This document shows, in pieces, positions 38,887-48,119 of a stretch of DNA of 64,000 nt. Location of the stretch: NCBI GenBank assembly GCA_034722275.1, contig JAYENW010000020.1:2379-66378 (forward strand). The letters are read 5' to 3'. Source of the stretch: Chloroflexota bacterium (GTDB lineage: Bacteria; Chloroflexota; Dehalococcoidia; GIF9; AB-539-J10). Made by a program: the position numbers and the translations under genes. Within the stretch, counting starts at the first letter, position 1. Each line of letters opens with the position of its first letter. The notes beneath the pieces are model-generated. The model saw nothing but the letters and a program-made list of their open reading frames with translations, searched no databases and was not told where the DNA came from.

Positions 38887-39791
38887 CCGCAAGTTCGGCA
38901 GTGATATTTGCCCATGCTCGCCCCACAGCAGGGGCATTTAATTTCGTTACCTCTGGCCTGGAGAATTTCTCCCACTACTTCATTATAGATATGATAATAA
39001 AAGCAATGTTCTTTATTTATAAAAGCTATGCCTGTCTTCTTTTTGGCAAGCTGAAATTCTTCCTCAGGGACCATATCGCTGATGATGTTGTGAAGTATGT
39101 GGGATCCGGAGCCATATTCTATGGGTTCCTTTTTCCTCCAGATTATCTCTGCTGGAATCAGGTTTTCAAAGCTCTTTCTCAAGATATATTTTCCGATGCC
39201 TTCTTTGACTTTGAGTTCTGAACTTATGTCTAAAGCGAAGCGAACAAAGTCATCATCAAGGAAAGGCTGTTTTACTTTGATACCGAGTGCTTTGCCAATA
39301 TCTATGGAAGAAAAGTGCCAGTTTTGTGAAAGTTCTCTTATGTATCTATCAAGATGTTTGGGTAAAAGTTTTGTCATGTAAGAATAGCCGGCAAAGAGCT
39401 CATCGCTTCCGTCCCCAGTCATGACAGAGTGGACATTCTTTTCTCTGGCAAGCCTGAGAGCAAAATATATGGAGAGGTCATTGGGCAGGGCGAGGTCGAA
39501 AGTTTTTAATATTCGAATAACCTCGGGGAGTATATTCAGTGCCTCTGCCACGGTGAATTCCTTTTTCTTATGCTCCATCTCCAGGGAAGTGGATACTTTT
39601 TCTGCATAAAGAGGGTCAAGAGCCTGAGAATCTTTTAAAGCCGCTGTAAAGGCTATCTTGGGCTTTGCCGTAAAGGCCAAAATGCTGGTATCCAGTCCTC
39701 CTGACAGCAATATAGCATCAGCTTTATTCTTGTTGACAGCCTTCATAAAGTTATCTCTGAGACAATGATAAATATCCATAGTGAATATCAA
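38859..39791 (-). CDS. asparagine-synthetase-like PP-loop protein lacking the glutaminase domain, with C-terminal zinc ribbon
   Basis: The 310-aa product has an AsnB C-domain PP-loop (ILLSGGLDTSILAF). It has no N-terminal Ntn glutamine amidotransferase domain. The C-terminus reads CPCCGASMGKYHCRTCGY. The gene is convergent with cobU and overlaps it by 28 nt. Confidence 0.6.
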   Translation of the reverse strand: MIFTMDIYHCLRDNFMKAVNKNKADAILLSGGLDTSILAFTAKPKIAFTAALKDSQALDPLYAEKVSTSLEMEHKKKEFTVAEALNILPEVIRILKTFDLALPNDLSIYFALRLAREKNVHSVMTGDGSDELFAGYSYMTKLLPKHLDRYIRELSQNWHFSSIDIGKALGIKVKQPFLDDDFVRFALDISSELKVKEGIGKYILRKSFENLIPAEIIWRKKEPIEYGSGSHILHNIISDMVPEEEFQLAKKKTGIAFINKEHCFYYHIYNEVVGEILQARGNEIKCPCCGASMGKYHCRTCGYSQPLSHS

Positions 39792-39941
39792 TCTGCAGTA
39801 ATTTATAATTATACCTCAGCATGAAATTTCTATAATCTCGAAGTGTTGACAAGTATCAGGGATTAGTGGTAATTATATTAGCTAATACCTTGTATAGCGA
39901 TATAGTTGGAATCGACTTGAATTAGTTGTGGGATATGGTCA

Positions 39942-40352
39942 GTGACAGATAAAAGCGGCGATAAAGCAGGCATGACTTTTGAAGAATTGACTCCAGGCTA
40001 CGAGTTTCCCGCTGTCAATTATGAATTGAGCGCCTCTCTTATCTCCAGGTACCTGAAGGCGGTGGATAGTGTTGGCGGTGAGTTTGTTCCTCCGTTGGCT
40101 ATAGCAGCATATGCCATGACTGCTATGACGAACTTTCTCTCTGTACCTTCTGGCGCGATACATGCTTCCCAGGAACTGGAGTTTTTCAAGCTGGTGCCTG
40201 TGGGAAGTCAGGTGAAATGCCAGGCTAAGGTAGCTCGGAAAATAGCTCGCAGCCAAATACGTATGCTGGTGCTGGAATTGAATGTCTGGGATCAACATAA
40301 TGAGAAGGTGCAGTTGGGCAGGGCTATGGTGGTATTACCAACTCAGGTTTAA
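39942..40352 (+). CDS. hot-dog fold protein (MaoC N-terminal-like; probable non-catalytic partner subunit)
   Basis: The 136-aa product has a hot-dog fold but lacks the D-x-N-P-x-H catalytic motif. It lies immediately upstream of a catalytic MaoC-like gene. Confidence 0.5.
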   Translation: MTDKSGDKAGMTFEELTPGYEFPAVNYELSASLISRYLKAVDSVGGEFVPPLAIAAYAMTAMTNFLSVPSGAIHASQELEFFKLVPVGSQVKCQAKVARKIARSQIRMLVLELNVWDQHNEKVQLGRAMVVLPTQV

Positions 40353-40357
40353 TGTAG

Positions 40358-40795
40358 ATGAGCGCAAAAGTTTACCAGGGCGAAATTCTTTCTCCTGTGG
40401 TAAGGAATATCACGCAGGAGAAAATCAATCTCTATGCTGAAGCCTCGGGCGATTTTAATCCCATTCATGTGGATGAATCTTTTGCTGCCCAGACACCTCT
40501 TGGTGGCACTATTGCCCATGGTATGCTTATCTTGGCTTATGTCTCGGAAATAATGATACAAAGCTTTGGCTATGGTTGGCTTGGTCGAGGTAAGCTTTCA
40601 GCGCGCTTTAAGACAGCAGCACGCCCTGGAGATACTCTCACTGTTACTGGCAAGGTTGATTCACTTGAGGAGAGAAATGGTGTATCATATGCAACTTGTA
40701 GCCTCGAGTGCTGCAATCAAAAAGGTGAGACTATAGTTACAGCTGAAGCGGTATCTGAGCTTGTAGAAGAAAGAGAAGCGCATGACCGAAAGTAA
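40358..40795 (+). CDS. MaoC-like (R)-specific enoyl/3-hydroxyacyl dehydratase (hot-dog fold, catalytic)
   Basis: The 145-aa product has the hydratase 2 motif DFNPIHVDESFA with catalytic Asp/His. It overlaps plsX by 14 nt. Confidence 0.7.
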   Translation: MSAKVYQGEILSPVVRNITQEKINLYAEASGDFNPIHVDESFAAQTPLGGTIAHGMLILAYVSEIMIQSFGYGWLGRGKLSARFKTAARPGDTLTVTGKVDSLEERNGVSYATCSLECCNQKGETIVTAEAVSELVEEREAHDRK

Positions 40796-41810
40796 GAAAG
40801 TGAGGGTGGCACTTGATGCTATGGGTGGTGATTTTGCCCCTGAAGAGATAGTCAAAGGAGCAGTTCTGGCGGCGCAAAGAAATGACGTCGAGGTTATTTT
40901 AACTGGTCCTGGTGATGTATTGAAAAGGGAGTTAGGCAAATATAAGTTTTCTCAGAATTTGCCCATTCGCTGCGTCGAAGCCAAACAAGTTATCAGCGAG
41001 GATGAGCCGCCCGCTTCGGCAGTCCGTCGCAAGCCTGATTCTTCTATAGTCATGGCAGCGAAGCTGGTGAAATCGGGTGAGGCTGATGCTTTAGTGAGTG
41101 CTGGGTCCAGCGCTGCAGTAGCAGTTAGTGCTATCCAGTATATAGGCATGGTAGAAGGAATAGAGCGTCCCGCGGTTGGTGGAAATTTGGGTAGCTTCGC
41201 ACCTGATATAGTGATTATGGATATGGGTGTCAATGTTGATTGTAAGCCACAGCATCTTTTGGCCTTTGCCATTGAGGGTTGTGTTTTTGCTGAAAAGTTG
41301 CTCAATGTTTCCGACCCTACTGTAGGTTTATTGAGTACTGGTGTTGAGGAGAGCAAAGGAAATGAGGCAGTGCGCGAAGCTTACTCTTTGCTTCGGAGTG
41401 GGAACTTGAATTTTATTGGTAAGATAGAGGGCAATGAAATATTGAGCGGGCGGGCTAATGTCATCGTTTGCGATGGATTTGTGGGCAATGTGCTGTTGAA
41501 ATTTTATGAAAGTATAGGAGACTGTGCGAAAACCTATGTAAAGCGAAGATTAAGATTCCCTCCATTGAGGGCGGTAGCTGGCTTGCTATTTGGTAGTTTG
41601 TTTCCTGTAACCAAAATAGCTTATGAAGGTGAAGAAGAGGGTGGTGGTATTCTATGGGGTATCAACGGGGTTGTCAGAATAGCACATGGCAGCGGTAAAG
41701 CTCCTCATATCGCTCATGCTATAGCAAGCGCCAAGAAAGCTTTTGAAGCTGACATCGTTGATTCCTTGAAGGCTAGATTAGCTGAGTTCAAAAATGAAAG
41801 CAGATTATGA
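40782..41810 (+). CDS. plsX: phosphate:acyl-ACP acyltransferase PlsX (copy 1)
   Basis: The 342-aa product has a VALDAMGGD N-terminal motif and PlsX family conservation throughout. Confidence 0.85.
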   Translation: MTESKKVRVALDAMGGDFAPEEIVKGAVLAAQRNDVEVILTGPGDVLKRELGKYKFSQNLPIRCVEAKQVISEDEPPASAVRRKPDSSIVMAAKLVKSGEADALVSAGSSAAVAVSAIQYIGMVEGIERPAVGGNLGSFAPDIVIMDMGVNVDCKPQHLLAFAIEGCVFAEKLLNVSDPTVGLLSTGVEESKGNEAVREAYSLLRSGNLNFIGKIEGNEILSGRANVIVCDGFVGNVLLKFYESIGDCAKTYVKRRLRFPPLRAVAGLLFGSLFPVTKIAYEGEEEGGGILWGINGVVRIAHGSGKAPHIAHAIASAKKAFEADIVDSLKARLAEFKNESRL

Positions 41811-41874
41811 AAGTGGTTTTCACCAAGACTCAGGATGAAAGTAATAATCAAATAACCACAAAGGAGGTATTTAT

Positions 41875-42117
41875 ATGTCTGTTGAAGAGGAAATAAAGGA
41901 TATCGTGGCTGGTATTGCCCATGTTGACAAGAGCCTCATTGCTCGAGAAAGTACCTTTAAGGATATAAAGGCGGATTCGCTGGATATGGTACAGGCAATG
42001 GTGGCGGTGGAAGATAAATTCACTATTGAGATTCCTGATGAGGAAGCTCAGAAGTTCCAGAATTTTGGCGATTTTGTCGCTTATGTAGAAAGTCAAGTAA
42101 AGGGAGGAAAATCTTAG
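41875..42117 (+). CDS. acpP: acyl carrier protein
   Basis: The 80-aa product has the DSLD phosphopantetheine attachment motif (KADSLDMVQAM). A GGAGG ribosome-binding site precedes it. Confidence 0.85.
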   Translation: MSVEEEIKDIVAGIAHVDKSLIARESTFKDIKADSLDMVQAMVAVEDKFTIEIPDEEAQKFQNFGDFVAYVESQVKGGKS

Positions 42118-42119
42118 GC

Positions 42120-42896
42120 ATGTCTTCCGAGAACAAACTGGCTCTGGTGACCGGGAGCGGACGAGGCATAGGCCGAGCTATTGCGCTCAAGCTGGCTTCA
42201 CAGGGAACTGATATCATCGTCAATTTCTTTCGTCGCCGTGGGTCTGCTGAACAAACAGCCAGAGATATTGAAGCTCTGGGGGTAAAAGCTGAGATTATCC
42301 GGGCTAACCTTGCTGACCCGGCTAAGATCGATGAGATGTTTGACACGATTGCCAGTAAGTTTGGATACCTTGATATTCTCATTAACAATGCTGCCTCCGG
42401 TGTTGGTCGCTCCGTTATGGAAATTGATGCCAAAGCCTGGGATTGGACTATGGATATCAATGTCAAGGCTGCCTTATTTTGTGCTCAACACGCAGCCAAG
42501 TTGATGGATGGTAGAAATGGCAAAATAGTGAATATCTCCAGTTTAGGCTCTTCCTTTGTATTGCCTACCTATGCCATTGTTGGCATGTCTAAAGCTGCCC
42601 TGGAAGCCTTAACTCGCTACCTGGCGATAGAATTGGCTCCCAGGAATATTTGTGTCAATGTGGTCTCTGCCTCTGCTGTGGAGACAGAGGCACTCAAGTT
42701 TTACATCAAGGAAGGTTTGATAAAGGACACGCGCCAGGCGACGCCAGCCGGGAGAATGGTGATTCCTGAAGATGTGGCTAATGCAGTGGCTTTTCTCTGT
42801 AGTGAAGAGGCTTTTATGATCAGGGGGCAGACGATCATTGTTGATGGCGCTACATCCGCAGCGCCCTTTATCAACATTGGGAGTGAAGAACAGTGA
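42120..42896 (+). CDS. SDR-family enoyl-[ACP] reductase, FabL-like (Y-x6-K catalytic spacing)
   Basis: The 258-aa product has TGSGRGIG cofactor motif. Its active site is YAIVGMSKAALEALTRYLAIELAP, with the Tyr-x6-Lys spacing typical of FabI/FabL enoyl reductases, not the Y-x3-K of FabG. Its position between acpP and fabF fits this role. Confidence 0.55.
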   Translation: MSSENKLALVTGSGRGIGRAIALKLASQGTDIIVNFFRRRGSAEQTARDIEALGVKAEIIRANLADPAKIDEMFDTIASKFGYLDILINNAASGVGRSVMEIDAKAWDWTMDINVKAALFCAQHAAKLMDGRNGKIVNISSLGSSFVLPTYAIVGMSKAALEALTRYLAIELAPRNICVNVVSASAVETEALKFYIKEGLIKDTRQATPAGRMVIPEDVANAVAFLCSEEAFMIRGQTIIVDGATSAAPFINIGSEEQ

Positions 42897-44125
42897 AAAT
42901 GCCCCGAATTGTCGTTACCGGAATGGGTACTGTTAATCCTCTGGGCTTAAATGTGGAGGAATTCTGGTCGGGGCTGGTTGCTGGGAAGTCAGGAATTGCT
43001 CCCATTACCCGATTTGATGCCAGCAAGTTCTATGTCAAGGTAGATGCTGAAGTGAAAGGCTTTGACCCGGCGAAGTATATGGACTTGAAGATGGTAGATC
43101 GCAATCCACGGGCCGTTCAGTTTGGTATTGCCGCTGCTAAAGAGGCGATAAGCTCAGCTAAGCTGGATATGTCCCAGGAAATCCCTGAACGAGTGGGAGT
43201 CAGTACTGCTTGCATGGTGGAAAGCGATTATATTATCAAACAAAATGAGCTACTTAATACCAGAGGGCCGCGGAGAGTTGAGCCTCTTTTCGTTGCCAAA
43301 TCAAGTCCCAGTGCAGTTTCAATGCAGGTGGGCATGATGCTGGGGGCTAAGGGGCCCAACTCCAGCGTGAATAGCCTTTGTGCCAGTGGGGCTGATGCCA
43401 TAGGTACAGCACTGAATTTTATCCGGTTGGGTTATGCTGATGTTATGATAGCTGGGGGAGCTGATTCTAGTTTGAGTCCTGTTGGCATAGCTGGAATTGA
43501 TATGGTAGGAGCTGTATCACGCGAGGCTGACCCACTTAAGGCTTCCCGCCCCTTTGACCTTAACCGTAATGGCTTTGTCTACGGCGAAGGTGCTGGAATA
43601 CTTGTCCTGGAAAGTTATGAACATGCCAGGAAGCGTGGTGCGCTGGTTTTGGCTGAGGTTGCTGGTGTTGGATGGTCTTTCGATGCCTATGACCAGACTG
43701 CTCCCGCTCCTGAAGCCGAGGCTTTTGCCATGAGAAGTGCTCTGGAAAATGCTGGCGCAAAGCCTGAAGAGGTTGACTATATCAATGCGCATGGTACCAG
43801 CACCAAGCTGAATGATGCTAATGAAACCAGGGCTATTAAAATGGTCTTCGGGAAGCAGTCTTCTGAAATTCCTATAAGTTCTACCAAATCTATGATTGGT
43901 CATATAATAACGGCTGCCGGCGCTATTGAGGCTATCACCTCTATAATGATTATCAATAAAGGAATCATCCACGCTACCATAAATTATGAAACTCCTGACC
44001 CTGAATGCGATTTGGATTATGTCCCCAATGTAGCCAGGCAGGCGCAGGTAAATGTGTGTCTTAGCAATAGCTTTGGTCTGGGTGGTGAGAATTGCTGTCT
44101 CGTGCTGAAACGATTTAAGAAGTAA
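42893..44125 (+). CDS. fabF: 3-oxoacyl-ACP synthase II (KAS II), copy 1
   Basis: The 410-aa product has an active-site Cys (SLCASGA), the His/His catalytic pair (NAHGTST, GHIITAAGA) and a C-terminal NSFGLGGEN motif. Confidence 0.85.
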   Translation: MKMPRIVVTGMGTVNPLGLNVEEFWSGLVAGKSGIAPITRFDASKFYVKVDAEVKGFDPAKYMDLKMVDRNPRAVQFGIAAAKEAISSAKLDMSQEIPERVGVSTACMVESDYIIKQNELLNTRGPRRVEPLFVAKSSPSAVSMQVGMMLGAKGPNSSVNSLCASGADAIGTALNFIRLGYADVMIAGGADSSLSPVGIAGIDMVGAVSREADPLKASRPFDLNRNGFVYGEGAGILVLESYEHARKRGALVLAEVAGVGWSFDAYDQTAPAPEAEAFAMRSALENAGAKPEEVDYINAHGTSTKLNDANETRAIKMVFGKQSSEIPISSTKSMIGHIITAAGAIEAITSIMIINKGIIHATINYETPDPECDLDYVPNVARQAQVNVCLSNSFGLGGENCCLVLKRFKK

Positions 44126-44190
44126 CAGACGTCATAGTGATTTGTCGTTCTGAGGGGAAAAATCTTGAAGTGAAAGATGAAGGAAGTGAA

Positions 44191-44946
44191 ATGGAATTAG
44201 AAGGTAAAATAGCGCTGGTCACCGGAGCTTCTCGTGGTATGGGGAGAGCTATTGCCTTGAAGCTTGCCAGCCTTGGCTCTAAAGTCGCGGTTAATTATGT
44301 GAACATAGAGGCTGGTAATGAAGCTGACGCTGATGATGTAGTTGAAACTATAATACATGGTAAGGGAGAAGCTTTGAAAATTGAAGCTGATGTTCGGAAT
44401 GGTGAGGCTGTGAAAGCCATGATGGGACAAATCATTACTCAGTGGGGCAGAATAGACATCCTGGTAAACAACGCTGGTATTACCAGGGATAACCTGCTGT
44501 TGAGAATGTCTGAAGATGCCTGGGATGATGTAATGGCAACGAATTTGCGTAGCGCTTATCTGTGTACCAAGTTCGCTCTGCGGTCCATGGTAAGGCAAAG
44601 ATGGGGACGTATTATCAGCATTGCTTCTATTGCTGGATTGATGGGGAATTCTGGGCAGACTAATTATGCAGCCTCTAAAGCGGGGTTGATTGCCTTTACC
44701 AAGAGTGTGGCTCGTGAAATGGGCTCACGTAACATCACAGCCAATGCAGTAGCCCCGGGCTTCATCAAGACCAGAATGACTGAAAACCTGTCTGATGAGG
44801 TAAAAAAGTCCATTTTATCCATGATATCTCTATCCCGCTTTGGAGAACCAGAAGATGTAGCTGAGCTGGTGGCATTCCTGGCCAGTGATAGAGCTGGCTA
44901 TATTACAGGACAGGTTATCTGCATAGATGGTGGGGTATCTATGTGA
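44191..44946 (+). CDS. fabG: 3-oxoacyl-ACP reductase
   Basis: The start is an ATG at 44191 after a GAAGGAAG ribosome-binding site. The product has TGASRGMGRAIA, NNAGI and YAASKAG (Y-x3-K) motifs. The ORF-track start at 44137 adds 18 aa that are probably not translated. Confidence 0.85.
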   Translation: MELEGKIALVTGASRGMGRAIALKLASLGSKVAVNYVNIEAGNEADADDVVETIIHGKGEALKIEADVRNGEAVKAMMGQIITQWGRIDILVNNAGITRDNLLLRMSEDAWDDVMATNLRSAYLCTKFALRSMVRQRWGRIISIASIAGLMGNSGQTNYAASKAGLIAFTKSVAREMGSRNITANAVAPGFIKTRMTENLSDEVKKSILSMISLSRFGEPEDVAELVAFLASDRAGYITGQVICIDGGVSM

Positions 44947-45065
44947 GCATTCGTCGTTTCTCTGAGCATATCGCCTTGCGACATATTGACAATGGAGCGA
45001 CCTGATGATGCATAATATCTCCACATATATGTAGAGTGGGAGTTCTTACTCACCTTAGGGGTGAT

Positions 45066-46067
45066 ATGAATGATAAAATGGTGAAGATAGCTGTTGATGC
45101 TATGGGAGGTGATTACGCTCCTCCAGAAATAGTCAAAGGAGCAATTCAGGCAGCCAGAGAACAGGAAGTGGAAATTATTCTGGCAGGTCGTGAGGAAGTT
45201 ATCAAGGGGGAGGTTGCCAAGTACAATACTTCGAAACTTCCCTTTAGTATCATAAACGCCAATGATGTCATACAGGATGGCGAATTCCCAGTGACAGCCC
45301 TGCGTTTCAAGCCGGATGCTTCCATTCTGGTAGCTACCAGAATGGTGAAGGAAGGTGAAGCTGATGCTGTAGTAAGCATGGGCTCTACTGGCGCAGTTAT
45401 GGTGAGCGCGATAGAAATCCTGGGAAAACTGGAAGGTATAAAGCGTCCCAGTGCCGGTGGTTTTCTTTGTGGATTTGCCCCCGAGACAATGGTGTTTGAC
45501 ATGGGCCCAAACGCTGATTGTAAGCCACGAGATTTGTTGAATTTTGCCATTATAGGTTCTGTTGTTGCTCAAAAGATATTGCATATCAGTAAACCCACAG
45601 TAGCCCTTCTGAGCAACGGCGCTGAAGAAGGAAAGGGGAATCTTCTGGTAAAGAAAGCTTATCCTTTGTTTAAGGAAAGTCACCTTAACTTTATTGGCAA
45701 TGTAGAGGGAGGCGGCATTCCTTTTGGCAGGGCGAATGTTGTTGTTTGTGATGGGTTCATTGGGAATATTTTGTTAAAATTCTGTGAAGGTTTAGGCGTG
45801 GCTGTGGTTGAGCGATTGAAGACTGTTTTGGATAAGCAAATTCCAGAGGAACAAATAAAGGCTATCACCAATGACTTATTTGCCCTTACTCATAGTGCAG
45901 AAGCGGGTGGTCCCATTTTTGGGGTAGATGGCGTCGTGGTGATCGGGCATGGTCGTTCTAAAGCTCCACAGGTGGCCGATGCTATACGCATGGCAAAAAT
46001 GATGGTGGAAACTAATTTGGTGGAGGAATTAAAATTGGAGCTGGGGAGAGTAAAGAGTGAAGGTTAA
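45066..46067 (+). CDS. plsX: phosphate:acyl-ACP acyltransferase PlsX (copy 2)
   Basis: The product is a paralog of copy 1, roughly 50% identical by eye over aligned N-terminal blocks (IAVDAMGGDYAP). The ATG at 45066 was chosen to match the N-terminal length of copy 1. Confidence 0.8.
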   Translation: MNDKMVKIAVDAMGGDYAPPEIVKGAIQAAREQEVEIILAGREEVIKGEVAKYNTSKLPFSIINANDVIQDGEFPVTALRFKPDASILVATRMVKEGEADAVVSMGSTGAVMVSAIEILGKLEGIKRPSAGGFLCGFAPETMVFDMGPNADCKPRDLLNFAIIGSVVAQKILHISKPTVALLSNGAEEGKGNLLVKKAYPLFKESHLNFIGNVEGGGIPFGRANVVVCDGFIGNILLKFCEGLGVAVVERLKTVLDKQIPEEQIKAITNDLFALTHSAEAGGPIFGVDGVVVIGHGRSKAPQVADAIRMAKMMVETNLVEELKLELGRVKSEG

Positions 46068-46263
46068 AATTTTGGAGGCACACGGCTCCACCTTTCGAGA
46101 ATGAAATCAAGGAGCAAGCTGAGGAATTAGCCAAAGAGCTGGATGCCCAAATTAGCCTTGGCTATGAAGGAATGGAGATTGAAGTCTAAGGAATATCTTG
46201 ATAAAGTAGAAGGAATTCTCGCTGAAGTGCGAATGGTAAAGAATTATAATCTGGAGGTGAATT

Positions 46264-47103
46264 ATGTCAATAGCTGTGCTTGTTGATAGTGTTTCTGGTA
46301 TTACCAAAGAAATTGCCGATGAATACCATATGCGGCTGGTTCCTTTGCACCTGATATGGGATAAGGAGGAATACGCTGACTGGGTGGACATAACCCCAAA
46401 GGAATTTTACGCTCGGTTGAAGACAGCAAAGACCTGGCCCACTACCGATGGCGCGGTTCAAGGGGAGTTCTATGATGCCTTCGAGGAGCTGCGAGGCAAG
46501 GTTGATGGCGTAGTTGCCATTACCCTCAGCCCCAATACCCCTTCAGCAGGTTACCGCTCGGCTTTAATGGCAAAAGATATGGTCGAAGGCATCCCCATTG
46601 AGGTTGTTGACTCTCACTTTGTTATAGTAGCTGAGGGTTTGGTAGCCACTGCTGCTGCTAATGCTGCCACTGCCGGTGGCAGCCTGGAGGAAGTAATCAA
46701 GGCGGCTGAGAGTGTTATCCCTAAAATGAATGTTTTTCTTAATCCTGGCTCGATAAGTTATTTTCTACGTCTTGGGCGTGTTGCTGAATCTGAGATAGCT
46801 TCAAGAGAGAATAGCTGTATTATCACCATCAAGGAAGGCAAAATTACCGCATCTGGGGAGGAATATGTTACCAGGGAAAAAGCGCGCCACCGCCTCAAGG
46901 AATTGGTGAAGGAAAAAGCGAGAAAGGATACGCCACTTCACGCTGCCATAATTCATGCTGCGGCATTGGAGGAAGCTGAGGAATTCAAAAAATGGATTGC
47001 ATCTCAATACAACTGTGTTGAGCTCTGGATAGGAGAAGCTTCTCCAGCAATAGCAATTCATCTCAGCCCAGAATCGCTTGGGGTAGCTTTTCATAACGAA
47101 TAA
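46264..47103 (+). CDS. DegV family fatty-acid-binding protein (FakB-like), copy 1
   Basis: The 279-aa product is in the DegV/EDD fold family (IAVLVDSVSGITKE...). A GGAGGTG ribosome-binding site precedes it. Confidence 0.8.
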   Translation: MSIAVLVDSVSGITKEIADEYHMRLVPLHLIWDKEEYADWVDITPKEFYARLKTAKTWPTTDGAVQGEFYDAFEELRGKVDGVVAITLSPNTPSAGYRSALMAKDMVEGIPIEVVDSHFVIVAEGLVATAAANAATAGGSLEEVIKAAESVIPKMNVFLNPGSISYFLRLGRVAESEIASRENSCIITIKEGKITASGEEYVTREKARHRLKELVKEKARKDTPLHAAIIHAAALEEAEEFKKWIASQYNCVELWIGEASPAIAIHLSPESLGVAFHNE

Positions 47104-47117
47104 AGCAGGAGGCGACC

Positions 47118-48041
47118 ATGGCAGCAGTAACGGAAGTAGAGCTGGATGGGCAGGATTTGAAGAAGGCATTGGAGGGGGCGAAGGATTATATCGAGCGACA
47201 TATAGATGAAGTAAACGAATTGAATGTTTTTCCTGTTCCCGATGGAGATACCGGCATAAATATGTTTCTCACTATGAAGTCGGCGCTGGAGGCAACAGAG
47301 AAAGCAGACCCTTCTGTGGAAGCTATTGCTGCTTCTGCAGCTAAAGGGGCCCTCATGGGGGCAAGAGGCAATTCTGGGGTCATCCTTTCTCAGATGCTGA
47401 GAGGGGTGGCTAAAGGATTGGAAGGGAAAACGACTTTCTCCTTTGCTGACTTTGCTCATGCCCTTCATATTGCCTCAGAGCAAGCCTATAAAGTCGTTGA
47501 CAAACCGGTTGAGGGGACTATTCTCACTGTTATCAGGGAAGTTTCTGAAGAGGCATCACGGGTGACACAGAAGAAAGCCAGTTTTGTGCGTGCCATAAGT
47601 GCCGTTGTCTTGAGAGCCAGGAAAACAGTTAAGCGAACGCCAGAGATGCTTCCCGTGCTGAAAGAAGCTGGGGTTGTAGATGCTGGAGCCAAAGGTTTGT
47701 ATTATTTCTTTGCGGGGATGGAAAATGTTATCTGCCGAATACCTGATAAGCTTCACTCTGAGAGAAAATCCTCCGCTGCTGCCTCTACAAAGAAGGAAAC
47801 AAGGGTCTACGGCTTTGACGTGCAATTTTTGCTTGCGGGCGAAGATTTGCCGGTGGGAGAAATAAAAGAGAGAGTTGTTGCTGCTGGTGAATGCCCTCTC
47901 GTGGTTGGTGATGAAGAGCTTTTGAAAGTTCATGTCCATACCATGAATCCTGATGATATTTTAACCTATGCTCGCAGCAAAGGGTCAGTGAAGGATATCG
48001 TAGTCGAGGATATGGACTTGCAGGTGCAGAAGTTCAAATAA
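47118..48041 (+). CDS. DAK2-domain protein (FakA-like kinase N-terminal domain only)
   Basis: The 307-aa product has a Dak2 ATP-binding domain (PDGDTGINM, GARGNSG). It lacks the about 250 aa C-terminal DegV-like/FakB-interaction region of full-length fatty acid kinase A. An AGGAGG ribosome-binding site precedes it. Confidence 0.65.
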   Translation: MAAVTEVELDGQDLKKALEGAKDYIERHIDEVNELNVFPVPDGDTGINMFLTMKSALEATEKADPSVEAIAASAAKGALMGARGNSGVILSQMLRGVAKGLEGKTTFSFADFAHALHIASEQAYKVVDKPVEGTILTVIREVSEEASRVTQKKASFVRAISAVVLRARKTVKRTPEMLPVLKEAGVVDAGAKGLYYFFAGMENVICRIPDKLHSERKSSAAASTKKETRVYGFDVQFLLAGEDLPVGEIKERVVAAGECPLVVGDEELLKVHVHTMNPDDILTYARSKGSVKDIVVEDMDLQVQKFK

Positions 48042-48072
48042 TTCTCCCTTTCCTGGCTGGAGAAACATTTTA

Positions 48073-48100
48073 AAGTCCTCTCCTGTCAGGAGAGGACTTT
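48073..48100 (+). terminator. intrinsic-terminator-like hairpin (13-bp perfect stem) downstream of the DAK2 gene
   Basis: AAGTCCTCTCCTG-tc-CAGGAGAGGACTT is followed by TTCATAAT, a short and imperfect U-tract. It lies 31 nt after the stop and 20 nt before the fabF2 ribosome-binding site. Confidence 0.45.
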
Positions 48101-48119
48101 CATAATCGGAGGTGTTCAG

